Assembly (NCBI GenBank): GCA_043228905.1
Contig: JBHGNT010000006.1
Span: 6,820,001 to 6,884,000 of the forward strand
Direction of reading: 5' to 3'
Origin: Azolla caroliniana
Taxonomy: Eukaryota; Plantae; Polypodiophyta
DNA length: 64,000 nt
A program made the position numbers and the translations under genes. Below are positions 50,600-64,000 of the stretch, piece after piece; the first letter of the stretch is position 1; every line of letters starts with the position of its first letter. The notes beneath the pieces were generated by a model. The model saw only the letters and a list, made by a program, of their open reading frames with translations. It was not told where the DNA came from and made no database searches.

Positions 50600-53369
50600 A
50601 GACATGAATGCCTTCTAGGGGCTGATCTACCAGGCAACATCATTAGAAGTACCTCTCGCCGATGAGGTACTAGCACTACTCCTGCTCGGTTCCCTCCTAG
50701 ATAGTTGGGAGACGTTGGTTGTCACTTTGGGCAAAGCCGGGCCGGAAGGAAAATTGTTATCCCTAGCAAGAGTGAACTTGAGCCTGCTAGATGAGGAGGC
50801 GCGTTAGAAAGACAAGGATACGAACTCCAACTCCAAAGCACTCATTACCGTATCGAAACGCGGAAGACAAAGGAACCGTAGCCCCCAGAACCGGGAGAAG
50901 TCGGGGACACAGTCAAAGTCAAGGGGGAGGCCTACCTGCTTCTATTGCGGCAAGCCGGGACACTTCCAAAAGAACTGTTGGCACTTCCAAAAAGACAAGG
51001 AAACCGATGGTACCGATTTGAAGCGGTCACCGGACCGGAACGGTAAAGACCGGAGGGGGACGGACCGGAAGGGAACGACGGCAATCGCGGCAAGTGAAGA
51101 AGAGTTGATGCTCATCACCGAGGAGAGTGAGATAAACCTTGCCAACGACGAGATGACCTGGGTTGTTGATTCCAGAGCGTCGTTCCACCTTACCCCGGAC
51201 AGTAAATACTTCTCATCCTACACAACCGGTGATCAAGGTTGTGTCCGGATGGGGAATGAAGGTACATGCCGAATTGTCAGCATAGGAGACGTGTGGTTGA
51301 CAACACCAACCGGATGCAAGCTGTTGCTGAAGGATGTCCGACACGTTCCGGAGGTTCGACTGAACCTAATATTAGCCGGTCGGCTAGATGATGAAGACTA
51401 CATAGGTAGCATCCGGAACGGAGCAATGAAATTCAGCAAAGGGAGCCTGATAGTGGCTCGGGCCCGGAAGGTCAACACCCTATACCTGATGAATGCTCGG
51501 TTATGTCCGGAGGAAGTGAACGTGGCATCCGAGACTGCCGGTGAGTTGTGGCATAAGAGGTTGTGTCACATGAGCGAGAAGGGGATGAAGAGGCTTTTAG
51601 ACGACAACCTCATTCTAGTGAAGAATGTGCACTTGGAGAAGTGCACTGATTGTCTGGCCGGTAAACAGAACCGGACCTCCTTCCGATCGAGGCCACCGAT
51701 GAGACGTAATGCACCTCTAGAGTTGGTGCATACTGATGTGTGTCAAGTGGACATGAAGTCACATGCCGGATCGCAGTACTTCGTGACGTTCATAGACGAC
51801 CACAACAGGTAGCTGTGGGCCACAGCATTGAAGATGAAGGATCAGGTGCTATCCGTCTTCAAGGAGCTCCACGCAAGAGTGGAAAGAGAAACCGGCTGGA
51901 AGCTGAAGGCGGTTCGAGCAGATAATGGAGGAGAATACCGGGGGCAGTTTGAGGAGTACTGTCGCTCGATGGGAATCTGGCTCGAATTTACCGTGCCGAA
52001 GACGCCGGAACTAAACGGGCTGGCCGAGAGGATGAACCAGACCATAATGGAGAGGGTTCGGAGTATGCTAGCACATGCTAAACTACCCAAGACATTTTGG
52101 GCTGAGGCACTGTTGACAACGACGTATGTGATAAACAGATCACCCTCAGTGCCCTTGGATGGAGACAGGCCGCAAAAGGTGTGGACCGGTAAGGAAGTGT
52201 CCTACCGGCATTTGAAGGTGTTCGGGTGTCTCATGTACGTGCATGTTGCTAAGGACCGGAGAGGAAAGTTGGATCCAAAGACCCGGCCATGCATATTCCT
52301 CGGATACGACGATGATGAGTTCGGCTACCGAGTGTGGGACCCAGTCGACCAGAAAGTATTCCGGAGCCGAGATATTATCTTCATGGAGGACAAGAGTCTT
52401 GCCGACTGGGAGTCAGAGAAGAAGATAATGAACTTCGATGAGATTTGGACCCACCCAGCTAAGAGCCGGTTGACACTCGAGGAACCAGCCGGTTACGGTG
52501 TGGACACCGAACCGACAGAAGAAGAAGTAGAGGAAGTTGAAACCGGAACTGGCCAAGACCCCGAATCGGATTCGGATGAAGAACAAATGGAGGAGACGGT
52601 TACCGAAGCCCAAGGACGAAGATATCCTCTCAGAGAGAGAAGGGCCCCCCGGAGATTTCCAGATGCAGAGCATGTGCTGCTGACTGATGAGGGGGAGCCG
52701 AATAGCTTCGAGGAAGATAAAAGTGACGCCCATAACCGTAAATGGTTAAGTGCCATGCAGGATTCCCTACATGGGAACCATATGTACGAGTTGGTGGAGT
52801 TGCCGAAAGGAAAGCGGGCACTCCGAAACAAGTGGGTGTACAAGTTGAAACCGGTAGATGCCGGCAAACCCCCGAGATACAACGCCAGTATCGTGGTGAA
52901 GGGGTTTCAACAGAAGAAGGGCGTGGAATTCAATGAGATATTTGCCCCGGTAGTAAAGATAACTTCTATCCGGACGGTGCTCAGTATAGCGGCAAGCATG
53001 GATCTCGAGGTAGAGCAGCTAGATGTGAAGACGACATTTCTTCACGGTGACCTCAAAGAGGAGATCTACATGCAGCAACCGGAAGGATTCGTGGAGAAAG
53101 GGAAGGAACACCTGGTTTGCCGATTGAAGAAGAGCCTGTACGGACTGAAGCAGGCTCCCCGATAATGGTACCGGAAGTTCGACTCCTTCATGACCGACCA
53201 AGGGTATCACAAAACGCAAACCGATCACTGCGTGTTTGTGAAGAAGTTTGAAGGAGGCGACTTCCTGATACTCCTTTTGTACGTGGACGACATGTTGATC
53301 GTCGGACGGGACCAAGCCAAAATACGGATGCTGAAGAAGTCTCTCAACCGAACCTCCTCAATGAAAGAC
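50600..53369 (+). mobile_element. Ty1/Copia family A fragment (gag C-terminal part to RT)
   Basis: ORFs 51018-51812, 51828-53165 and 53190-53375 are nearly identical to the other family A copies. It is cut at 53370 by an LTR. Confidence 0.9.
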
Positions 53370-53491
53370 TGTTAGGAAATAGGTCCCTCCAGATGGGATT
53401 GTACGTGGACGACATGTTGATCGTCGGACGGGACCAAGCCAAAATACGGATGCTGAAGAAGTCTCTCAACCGAACCTCCTCAATGAAAGAC

Positions 53492-56400
53492 TGTTAGGAA
53501 ATAGGTCCCTCCGGATGGGAGTACTGATGAGCAAACTCGGCCGAGGCCAACAGGCCGAGTACCCGGATGGTGCAGACCCGGTGACCGGATGACGAGTACC
53601 CGGCGACAGAGAGCCGGGTGGTGCAGACCCGGTGAGAACTGGATTACGAGTACCCGGCTACGGAGAGCCGGATGGTGCAGACCCGGTGAGAACCGGATGA
53701 CGAGTACCCGACTACAGAGAGCCAGATGGTGCAGACCCGGTGAGAACCGGATGAAGAGACATATTTGTCAATATGTTTCTGAGAGTCTATCGTGGCTATA
53801 TTCGTAAATAGCCGAAAAGTCATATTAGTATAAATATGACTTAGGGCAAACTTATCATGAGTGTTGTTGTCATTCTTGTTGGCGCAAGATTAGAGCGCGC
53901 AACTGTGTACAGAGGGAGTGAGAGAGAGGAAGAGGTCGTTGCCTCTGATTGTAACCGCCGCCTGTGACGAAGATAGCAAGCTCGAGGTCGTGGCCTCGGT
54001 GCTTTCTTATTGTACATTCTGACATAGTAATAGTTTGTGGTCTGTGGGCTGCCGTGGTTTTTCCCGAGTTTTGGTTTTCCACGTAAACATCGTGTGTACT
54101 CTTCTCTCTATCGTGTTGTGTTTCATTCCCTGTTTTCTGTGTTTTATTCTAGGCTCGGTTGTGTCCGAGCGTTGTTCAAAGGGAGCGTGTAGTTCCTGTC
54201 AAAGTGGTATCAGAGCGAAACGACACAGAAAATGGACGACTCGTTGGGAGGCATGTTCAAGCTCACCGGCTCCAACTATTCGGTGTGGAAGTCGAAGATG
54301 AGGGGCATGCTCGTGGTTAAAGATGTTTGGTTGCCGGTTCAGTTTGGGGACAAGAGACCGGACAAAATCGACGCCACGATATGGGAGGTGATGCACATGA
54401 AGACAACGGCTTACATACAGTGGTTCATCGACATGAGCCTATACAACAACTTCAATGAAGAGAGAAAGGCTCATGAGCTCTGTGAGAAAATCGGCATTAT
54501 GTTTCAAAACGAAAATGCTGTTAACCAGGTTTCGGTATTCCGGAAGCTAGTAAGACTCCCGTACCATGATGGCTCCAGCATGGCGGAGCACATGAATGCC
54601 TTCCAGGGGCTGATACACCAGGCAACATCATTGGAAGTACCTCTCGCCGATGAGGTACTAGCGCTACTCCTGCTCGGTTCCCTCCCGGATAACTGGGAGA
54701 CGTTGGTTGTCACTTTGGGCAACGCCGGGCCGGAAGGGAAACGGTTATCCCTAGCAAGAGTGAAGTCGAGCTTGATAGATGAGGAGGCGCGTCGGAAAGA
54801 TAAGGATACGAGCTCAGACTCCAAAGCACTCCTTACCGAATCGGAACGTGGAAGAAAAAGGAACCGTAGCCCCCAGAACTAGGAGAAGTCGGGGACACGG
54901 TCAAAGTCAAGGGGGAGGCCTACTTGCTTCTATTGCGGCAAGCCGGGACACTTCCATAAGAATTGTCGGCATTTCCGTAAAGACAAGGAATTGGACGGCA
55001 TCGATTCGAAGCGGACACCAGACTAGTTCGGTAAAGACCGATGGTACTGATTTGAAGCGGTCACCGGACCGGAACGGTAAAGACCGGAGGGGGACGGATC
55101 GGAAGGGAACGACGACAATCGCGGCAAGTGAAGAAGAGTTGATGCTCATCACCGAGGAGAGTGAGATAAACCTTGCCAACGACGAGATGACCTGGGTGGT
55201 CGACTCCGGAGCGTCGTTCCACCTTACCCCGGACCGGAAGTGCTTCTCATCCTACTCAGTAGGTGATCACGGTTGTGTCCAGATGGGGAATGAAGGTAAA
55301 TGCCGAATTGTCGGCATAGGATACGTGTGGTTGACAACACCAACCGGATGCAAGTTGTTGCTGAAGGATGTCTGACACGTTTCGGAGATTCGTCTGAACC
55401 TGATATCAGCCGGTCGGCTAGATGATGAAGGCTACACGGGTAGCATCCGGAACGGTGTTATAAAGTTCAGCAAAGGGAGCCTGATTGTGGCTCGGGCCCG
55501 GAAGGTCAACACGTTGTACCTGATGAATGCCCGGTTATGCCCGGAAGAAGTGAACGTGGCATCCGACACTACCGGTGAGCTGTGGCACAAGAGACTGTGC
55601 CACATGAGCGAGAAGGGGATGAAGAGGCTTGTAGAAGACAACCTCATTCCAGTGAAGAACGTGCACTTGGAGAAGTGCACTGATTGTCTGGTCGGTAAAC
55701 AAAACCGGACCTCCTTCCGATCGAGGCCACCGATGAGACGTAATGCACCACTAGAGTTGGTGCATACTGATATATGTCAAGTGGATACGAACTCACATGC
55801 TGGATCGCAGTACTTCGTGACGTTCATAGATGACCATAGCCGGAAGTTGTGGGCCATAGCGTTGAAGACGAAGGATCAAGTGTTATCCGTCTTCAAAGAG
55901 CTCCACGCGAGAGTGGAAAGAGAAACCGGCCGGAAGCTGAAGGCAGTTTGAGCAGATAACGGAGGTGAATACTGGGGGCAGTTCGAGGAGTACTATCGCT
56001 CGAAGGGAATCCGGCTTGAATTTACCGTGCCGAAGACGCCGGAACTAAACGGGCTGGCCGAGAGGATGAACCGGACCATAATGGAGAGGGTCCAGAGTAT
56101 GATGGCGCATGCAAAACTACCCAAGATGTTTTGGGCTGAGGCACTGTCGACGGCGAGATATGTGATAAACAGATCACCCTCAATACCCTTGGATGGAGAC
56201 ACGCCACAGAGAGTCTGGACCGGTAAGGAAGTGTCCTACCGGCATCTGAAGGTATTCGGGTGTCTCGCGTACGTGCATGTAGCTAAGGACCGGAGAGGAA
56301 AGTTAGATCCAAGGACCCGGCCATGCATATTCCTCGGTTACGGCGACGATGAGTTCGGCTACCGAGTGTGGGACCTGGTCGACAAGAAGGTATTCCGGAG

Positions 56401-59332
56401 TCGAGATATTATCTTCATGGAGGACAAGACACTCGCCGACTAGGAGTCGAAGAAGAAGATAATGAACTCCGAGTCGACCGGTAAGGATCGATTCTATGAT
56501 GAACAGACCCAACCGGCAAGAGACCGGTTAGCACTCGAGGAACTAGCCGGTTACGGTGAGGATACCGAACCGGCAGAGGAAGAAGTAGAGTAAGCCGAAA
56601 CCGAAACCGGCCAAGACCCTGAATGGGATTCGGATGAAGAGCAAATGGAGGAGCCGATTACCGAAGCCCAAAGACGTAGATATCCTCTTACAGAGAGAAG
56701 GGCCCCATGAAGATTTCCGGATGCAGAGCATGTGCTGCTAACCGATGAGGGGGAGCCAGAAAGCTTCGTAGAGGCGAAGGATGACACCCACAACCGCAAA
56801 TGGTTAAGTGCCATGCAGGATGACATGGATTCCCTGCATGAGAACCATACGTATGAATTGGTGGAGTTGCCGAAAGGAAAGCGGGCACTCCGAAATAAGT
56901 GGGTGTACAAGTTGAAACCGGGAGATATCCTCTTACAGAGAGAAGGGCCCCATGAAGATTTCCGGATGCAGAGCATGTGCTGCTAACCGATGAGGGGGAG
57001 CCAGAAAGCTTCGTAGAGGCGAAGGATGACACCCACAACCGCAAATGGTTAAGTGCCATGCAGGATGACATGGATTCCCTGCATGAGAACCATACGTATG
57101 AATTGGTGGAGTTGCCGAAAGGAAAGCGGGCACTCCGAAATAAGTGGGTGTACAAGTTGAAACCGGGAGATGCCGGCACCCCCCCGAGATACAAAGCCAG
57201 GATCGTGGTGAAGGGGTTCCAGCAGAAGAAGGGCGTGGACTTTGACGAGATATTTGCCCCGGTAGTAAAGATGACTTCCATCCGGACGGTGCTGAGTATA
57301 GCGGCAAGCATGGACCTCGAGGTAGAGCAGCTGGACGTGAAGACGGCATTCCTTCACGGCGACCTCGAAGAGGAGATCTACATGTAGCAATCGGAAGGAT
57401 TCGTGGACAAAGGGAAGGAGCACTTGGTTTGCCGGTTGAAGAAGAGCCTCTACGGGTTAAAGCAGCCCCCCCGGCAATGGTATCGGAAGTTTGACTCCTT
57501 CATGACCGATCAAGGGTACCGCAAGACGCAGGCCGATCACTGCGTGTTTGTGAAGAAGTTCGAAGGAGGCGACTTCCTGATACTCCTTCTATACGTGGAC
57601 GACATGTTGATCATTGGACGGGACCAAGCCAAAATACGGATGCTGAAGAAGGCTCTCAACCGGACCTTCTCAATGAAAGACTTAGGTCCGGCAAGACAGA
57701 GGCTGGGGATGCATATTTTCCGGAACCGGTCAGTGAAGTCATTGTGGTTGTCACAAGAGAAGTACGTGACAAAGGTGCTTCACCGGTTCAAAATGACAGA
57801 TGCGAAATCGGTCAAAGGTGCTTCACCAGTTAGTGAAGAAATTGTGGTTGTCACAAGAGAAGTACGTGACAAAGGTGCTTCACCGGTTCAACATGACATA
57901 TGCGAAACCGGTCAGAATGACACTCCCGGCAAACTGCAGATTATCCGGTAAGCAAAGCCCGAAGATGAAAGCAGAGAAGGCTGATATGATGAAGGTTCCA
58001 TATGCCTCTATCGTCGGGAGCTTGATGTACGCAATGGTGTGTACCTGACCGGATATAGGCTACGCAGTCGGAGTGGTGGGCCGGTTTATGAGCAATCCCG
58101 GCAAGGAGCACTGGAACGCGGTCAAATGGATACTCCGGTACTTGAAGGGCACTTCGAATATGTGTCTCCGATTCGGCTCCGGAAAACCTCAACTTGACGG
58201 TTTTACCAATTCAGACATGTCGGCTAATGTGGATACCAGCCGGTCTACATCCGGGTATGTAATGACATATGAAGGGGGAGTTGTTTCGTGGCAGTCGAGG
58301 CTGTAGAAGACGGTTGCGTTGTCAACCACGGAGGCGGAGTACATGGCGATTGTGGAAGCCAGCAAGGAAATATTATGGATGAAGGACTTCATCGGAGAGC
58401 TCGGTATCCGGCAAGATGAATATCGGCTCTCTTGCGACAGTCAAAGTGCCATCCACCTTGTTAAGAACGCAACGTACCATTCCAGGACGAAGCACATCTA
58501 GCGTAGGTATCAATGGATCCGGGAGCGAGTAGAAGATCGAGAGTTCGCGCTGACGAAGATCCACACGGCCGAGAACGGATCAGATATGGTGACCAAAGTA
58601 CTGATACCCGACAAGCTAGATGCATGTCAGAAGCAGATCGGACTAATAAGGCATCCCATGCCGGAGTGAATGGGGAGTTTGTTAGGAAACAGGTCCCTCC
58701 GGATGGGAAGTGAGAAGAACAGTGTTGATGAGCAACTCAACCGAATCCGAATCCGGATGTGGAGTACCCGGCAACGGAAGACCCAGTGAGAACCGGATGC
58801 CGAGTACCCGGCAAGGAAGACCCGGTGAGAACCGGATATTGCAAGCCCGGTGAGAACCTCTCATTGGATGTAAGGGACATATATGTAAATATGTTCCGGA
58901 GAGCCCACTAGGGCTATATTTCTAAATAGCCCGAAAGTCATATTAGTATAAATATGACCTAGGGCAAACTTAATAGTGATGATGATAGAGTTATTGGTGT
59001 AACCTCTGTACAGTGCGTAAGTGAGAAAGAGAGAGAGAGCGACATACAGAGATTGTGTCTCTATTGTAACCGTCGTTAGGCGAAGATTGTGAGCAAGAGG
59101 TCGTTGCCTCTATGCTCCCTGTTGTATTACTTTATAGAGTGATAGTTTGGAGTCTGTGGACTCCCGTGGTTTTTCCCTCTCAGGGTTTTCCACGTTAATA
59201 TCCTGTGTATTCTCTTTCTGTTTTGTCGACTTACCTCCATTCCCATTTAGTCTGTGGTTTCCTTTTTTTTATTGTCATCAAGTGATCCACACTTCGGTTG
59301 TTGCCGGAGATTAATCCGCGTATTCCACGTCA
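53492..59332 (+). mobile_element. Full-length-sized Ty1/Copia family A element with non-matching LTRs
   Basis: 5' LTR 53492-54201, PBS TGGTATCAGAGC 54205-54216, gag-pol 54232-58668 with stops, PPT ~58668-58677, 3' LTR 58680-59332. Confidence 0.92.
56678..57167 (+). repeat. 245-bp tandem duplication inside Copia pol
   Basis: AGATATCCTCTTACAGAG starts at both 56678 and 56923, and the two units look identical. Confidence 0.9.
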
Positions 59333-59511
59333 ATAATGGCACTTCCTCGAACTGAAAGCCTTTACAAAGATTGTAACGGTTGATTCATAACATAGCATCC
59401 CCATGATAGAACATTACCTGCTATTGATGCATCCATAGAAGCCCAATTCAACCGAGGACGGTTACCAAGTAGAAAACCCCTTGAATCTGAAAAGAGAAAG
59501 TTCTACCAAGC

Positions 59512-60790
59512 AGGACAAATGCCAATTGAGACTAAGAAAGTTGTCACCAATGTACTAGCCGATAATCCAAAGGATGTTTGGATGCAAGCGTTGCAAGACA
59601 AACGCAAGCACATTGACAATGCAAAGAAGTACGTTGGGGAACAAGACACATCATGGTGGGATGTGTTCTTTAAAGATCAAGAACAAATTGTTGACAATTG
59701 TGTCCTTGGTACTTGGACCGTGCAAATACCGTTCACCTGGAATATACAATAGTGTCGTAATTCTCAGACTTCTCCTCTTGCACCTAATGTGATTAATGAT
59801 AGCTTGCTCCATCCACCACAAAGGGACATATATGTTGGACCCAGGCTGACAAAAACAGCGGAAGCAAGGTGGCAAGTGAACTTGCAAGAATTGAAGGTGA
59901 GTATGTTAATTGCTACACCTGCTGATGATAATGAGCTAGGACATCAATTTTGGATTGGTAAGGTTTTAGATGTGGTGATGCATGAGAACAAAGCCAAATC
60001 CAGTCTATAAAGGTGCATTGGTACAACACTAAAAGCAAAAATGCCTTTACCGACAAGTATGCTTTAGAGATGATGGAATGTCCACGGTCAAGGGGGAATA
60101 GAAAGAGGAAAAGAAATATTCATAGCACTTCATGCCTAGACATTGGTGACGTAGATATTATTGTTTACAACTTCACACTAACAAAAGCTGGACGTCTCAG
60201 GAAGTCTACAATAGATATTATCAAGGAGAAATTACCTATTCTACAAGGGGTCTCATGTCGAAGGCAAACAAGATCATCTATACATAACATGGAATGTCAA
60301 CATCTAGTTTTAGATGAAGACAATGCCTTAATAAGTACATTCGAAGATGACGAGGAACAATCTGCATTGTATATTAGTTATAGTAGCAACTTTGGATCAT
60401 GATACGAGTGACTTTTGTAAATTTTACACTCCTCAATGAAATTTTGGTATCTAATGTAAGAGAGTGTCGTTTGTAATACTCGAAAGATATAAAAATTATG
60501 TTTAGAAATATTATTGCTTTGTACAGACATTGTTTGTTACAAAATACATTACTTCTTGACTTCTTAGTGATAGTGAACATTGTACCATTTCAATTATAGC
60601 ATAATTTTAGCGTTTTTCCAAGTTTAGGAAATGATGATTTTTTGAGGTTTTCCAACGACATTTTGAGAACATGTGATATTGGTATCATTAAGTTTTGTGA
60701 ATAGAGTATCTAAACCCCAAAATTTGAGGGAATATTCCTTATCCTTCCATTTTTGTGCGATCCTTCCACTTCTGAATGTGAACGTGTTTC
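59512..60790 (+). mobile_element. DDE (Sola-like) transposon 3' remnant, copy 2
   Basis: Highly similar to 7946-9222, including ORFs 59519-59752, 59789-60010 and 60013-60402 and the non-coding tail. Confidence 0.7.
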
Positions 60791-61249
60791 TTAATTATCA
60801 AACTATTATGGATCTTTGTCTTCTATTCCACTAGCGTTATCGTTCGGAGTTTGATCCCATGTTCATCAACTATGGAATAGATTAGATCAACTTTAAGTAC
60901 AAGTATGGAAAGCCTTAATAGGTTTGTTATTTTAATCACATTATCCTAAAGTTCACTATCTTACATTGTCCACAATTATATACATACGAGTATGGGTCAA
61001 AGTATAAATTATAACTCATTTTATTAGTATGGTTACAAGTACACCTCATATTTTTCAAAACTTACCAAAAAAATATAAGTCTTTAACTAAGTGTTTGCCA
61101 TGTCGCACACTAGTGTGATATTTAGCCATTGTTGAACTTTATTATAATGGCATTAACTTATCAACACATCCAAAATTAATTGAATTTCTAATTTTCTCCA
61201 CTCAGAGACCTATCATGTTTTTTTAATTTTGCAAATTCTAATCAAGTTG

Positions 61250-62660
61250 TGGAACATGTGATACTAGTGCATCCAATTTTTGTAGAGAGGGTATATTTGG
61301 ATATTTTCAAGAAGAATCTACAAGTGGAATGCGCAAGCCTTCCACTTGTGAACACGAACGTGTTAAAAATTCCAATTGATGATGTGTTGTTGGATATTCA
61401 AGTGACATTGTCACAAGCTTTACAAGTTCTAGAGGTTTGTAGTTATCAACAATCATGGGTGATGGATATGAAAAATAAAGTACATGATCACAACTGTCAT
61501 TCACATAAGTTTTACCAAGGTTGCATACATCTCATGATAGAATGAATGTGGTATGTGTAGAGATTGATAGAACTTTGAATACAAACCCACAAGTGATTGT
61601 TGATAATTGTGTTAAACATTTCACGAATCTTTTTTGGCAAGCATGTACTCTAAATGATGGCATAACACAAGTGCAATCAATGTTATTTAAATCATTGAAG
61701 GAGATTGGTGGGCAACCTGTCGTGATTGCCTTGGAGAAGGATATAAAGGAGGAGGAGGTGGAATGCGTATTGTCACATTTTTCAGTTGATAAAAGTTCGG
61801 GTTGGGATGACATTGCTGTTAAGAGTCTATTACTAATCAATAGACCAAAGTAATGTAAAAACAAGGTAAATAAATTGGATAGATGGACCCGTTCCACCCA
61901 ACCACCCCCGAGCTATGATCTAGACATAGCCAACCTACCACCAACGTCCCATACTGCTTAGGATGACTAATACCTTGGAAGAGATTAATATGATTGTCGT
62001 GACGAAAGCCTCGCCCTAAGACAACATCCTTCCAACGTAATGTCCTTATGAGGGTAGCTAAGCCTCATATTTATACCTCTTCCTAGGCCCCTTGAATAGA
62101 TATGCCTTTCTAAAAGACTCTCCATTCATTGGTTGTCAAGATCATAATAGTGCATGCAACCATCATTCCTTCTATCCAATCACATTAATCCCTTGCTAAT
62201 ATTCGTGAACATACCCTTCGCTTATGTAAATATTAGTGACCTACCTTCACCAACGTTATGTGTACATAACAATTACGAATAAGTTTTTTAAACCCATTGT
62301 ACAACAACTCAAAGGCCCTCTAACAATGCTATTCCAAGAAGGGTGGAGATTTGGTAAAATGCTTGATTCATGGAAAATTGGTCTTGTTAAACTTATACCA
62401 AAAGTTGCATCTCTTATGTCTTTTGCTCAATGGACTGATATCATTAATGGGTGGGTTGTATAATATTTTTGCCAAAGTAATTGCAAATAGACTTCAAAAC
62501 ATGTTGTTGTTTGTGGTCCATCCAATGCAATATGGGTTTATTAAGGGAAGGGATATCTTGCATAATATTTTGAATGTGCAAATAGCAGTGGATTATGCAA
62601 AGGAATCCAAACAACAAATTGTAATGATACAACTAGATATCGAGGCATATGATCATGCTT
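61250..62660 (+). pseudogene. L1-LINE ORF2 (reverse transcriptase) remnant
   Basis: DKSSGWDDI..N.FFK, GLVKLIPK, AKVIANRL, QYGFIKGRDILHNI and QLDIEAYD motifs of non-LTR RT. Confidence 0.8.
61817..62271. repeat. Solo LTR inserted in the LINE RT
   Basis: TGTTA...TAACA ends with TSD ATTGC/ATTAC. Removing it restores DDITNKFFK. Confidence 0.75.
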
Positions 62661-64000
62661 CCCTTAAGCTAGCCCTCCCTAAATATCTCTACATTCTTAA
62701 TCTCTCTCACTAACTTACCTTGACCTCTCTAAGCCTACCTAGTCTTTCAAACATCTTTTGGGTGGATGTTGGAGGTGGAGGAATAAAAGACTTGGTAATA
62801 TATTTTTTGTGATCTTTTAATATTTTTCAATGGTTATTGATTAAGAATTTTGGTTGAAAGCTCGACAAGTCAACTATTGACTTAAGAACACATAATTTAA
62901 TATTAAGAGGTACACATAGTTAGTACATGTCAAAGGTGGATTGTCACCTCTTGTTCATCGATGTTGTCCCCCAAAAGGGTGCACGTCTACCCAATTCCCA
63001 CCTACTATGTAACATGATGTAAACCGTAAGGTTATATGCTTTGACTATGTGATGCACGGATCCTCTTTGCATATTTTCCTCTGTTAAAGAAAAAAAATGC
63101 AATCTTTGTCCCCATCATTTGAAAAGTCTTTAGAATAGTGCAATGAGAAGTTTCAATGGAATGGGGCCAATGGTTTTTTTTTTACAAACATATGAAGAGT
63201 TTGAGAAAAGAACTCCAAAATGTTTTTGTTAACTCTGTCCCAAGAAATTATTTAGTAACTCCATCCCTTTTCCTCAATTTCTATTTAAAGTGATAATATG
63301 TTCAATCTTTCAAGGAACAAATGAAGCATTTAGGAACATTGCAAAAAACTAAAGAATACTTCACATTCACAGGTTGAGGAATTTTACATTCAATTCATCC
63401 TCAAATATCCAATTATATGCGCAACTTGAGAAATAATATTCCAAGGTAGTCTTAACCTAATAGTCATATAAAGATGGTGCCCCATTCGAGCTTCCTTCCT
63501 TTTTTTAATTTTTCCGACATGACAATACTTAAGTGTTGCATGACTACCTTCTTCTCACGATATGTATGAAAGGCCTTTGGAGAGACAAAGGGAGCATGTA
63601 AACTTCATATCCGATCGAGAGTTTGAGATGGTTGGAGACAAAGATGCCATAATTTGAGATGGGGCGTGTGGCGCGAATAATCAAGTCAAGGAATGAGGTG
63701 TTGAGGATAGACTCCTTTCGGAGACTCTGAGGTTGACAATTCAAATGCGCGCTCATGTAGAGCATGCGTGGTTTAGCTTAGGGGAGGAAGCCATACATAC
63801 ATAATAGATGATAAGGAGGAACAAGTCTAGGGTGTGAATGCCAGGATTTGAACCCATCACCTCTACTTCTCTCACAAGCTAACAAGCTTTTAAATTTTAA
63901 TAATATGTCCATTGCCCAAAACAGAAAAACGAATCTCATCAGAACAGAGAAAGAAAGGCTCCCATGGCGACACGGAGGAGGAGAAGCAGAAAAGCACATG

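Noticed and set aside
63544-63999. Two short minus-strand ORFs and a B-box-like GGTTCAAATCC at the window end
   Set aside because: No recognisable protein motif and no tRNA cloverleaf. An exon or SINE cannot be supported without the flanking sequence.

Overview
Eukaryotic plant nuclear DNA. A fern is inferred from the combination of an intronless bacterial-type phenolic acid decarboxylase and the retroelement families present. Most of the window is nested, decayed transposable elements: two Athila/Tat-related Ty3/Gypsy elements with an extra 3' ORF, two elements of a deep-branching Gypsy lineage (4-bp target duplications seen at two insertions), several Tnt1/Tork-like and other Ty1/Copia copies, a non-coding LTR element, two copies of a DDE (Sola-like) transposase remnant, a MULE-type MITE and L1 LINE remnants. 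Only two host genes look intact: a two-exon LEA14 (LEA_2/WHy) gene at 35938-37341 and a phenolic acid decarboxylase at 46741-47286. The main findings are: (1) a non-autonomous LTR element whose primer-binding site is complementary to its own predicted transcript 5' end (Tf1-type self-priming) and whose U3 carries a long perfect heat-shock-element array; (2) two inversions (about 13-14 kb and about 0.5 kb) that can be reconstructed from swapped target-site duplications and split reading frames; (3) the horizontally derived PAD gene. All family assignments come from motif recognition by eye; no database search was run.
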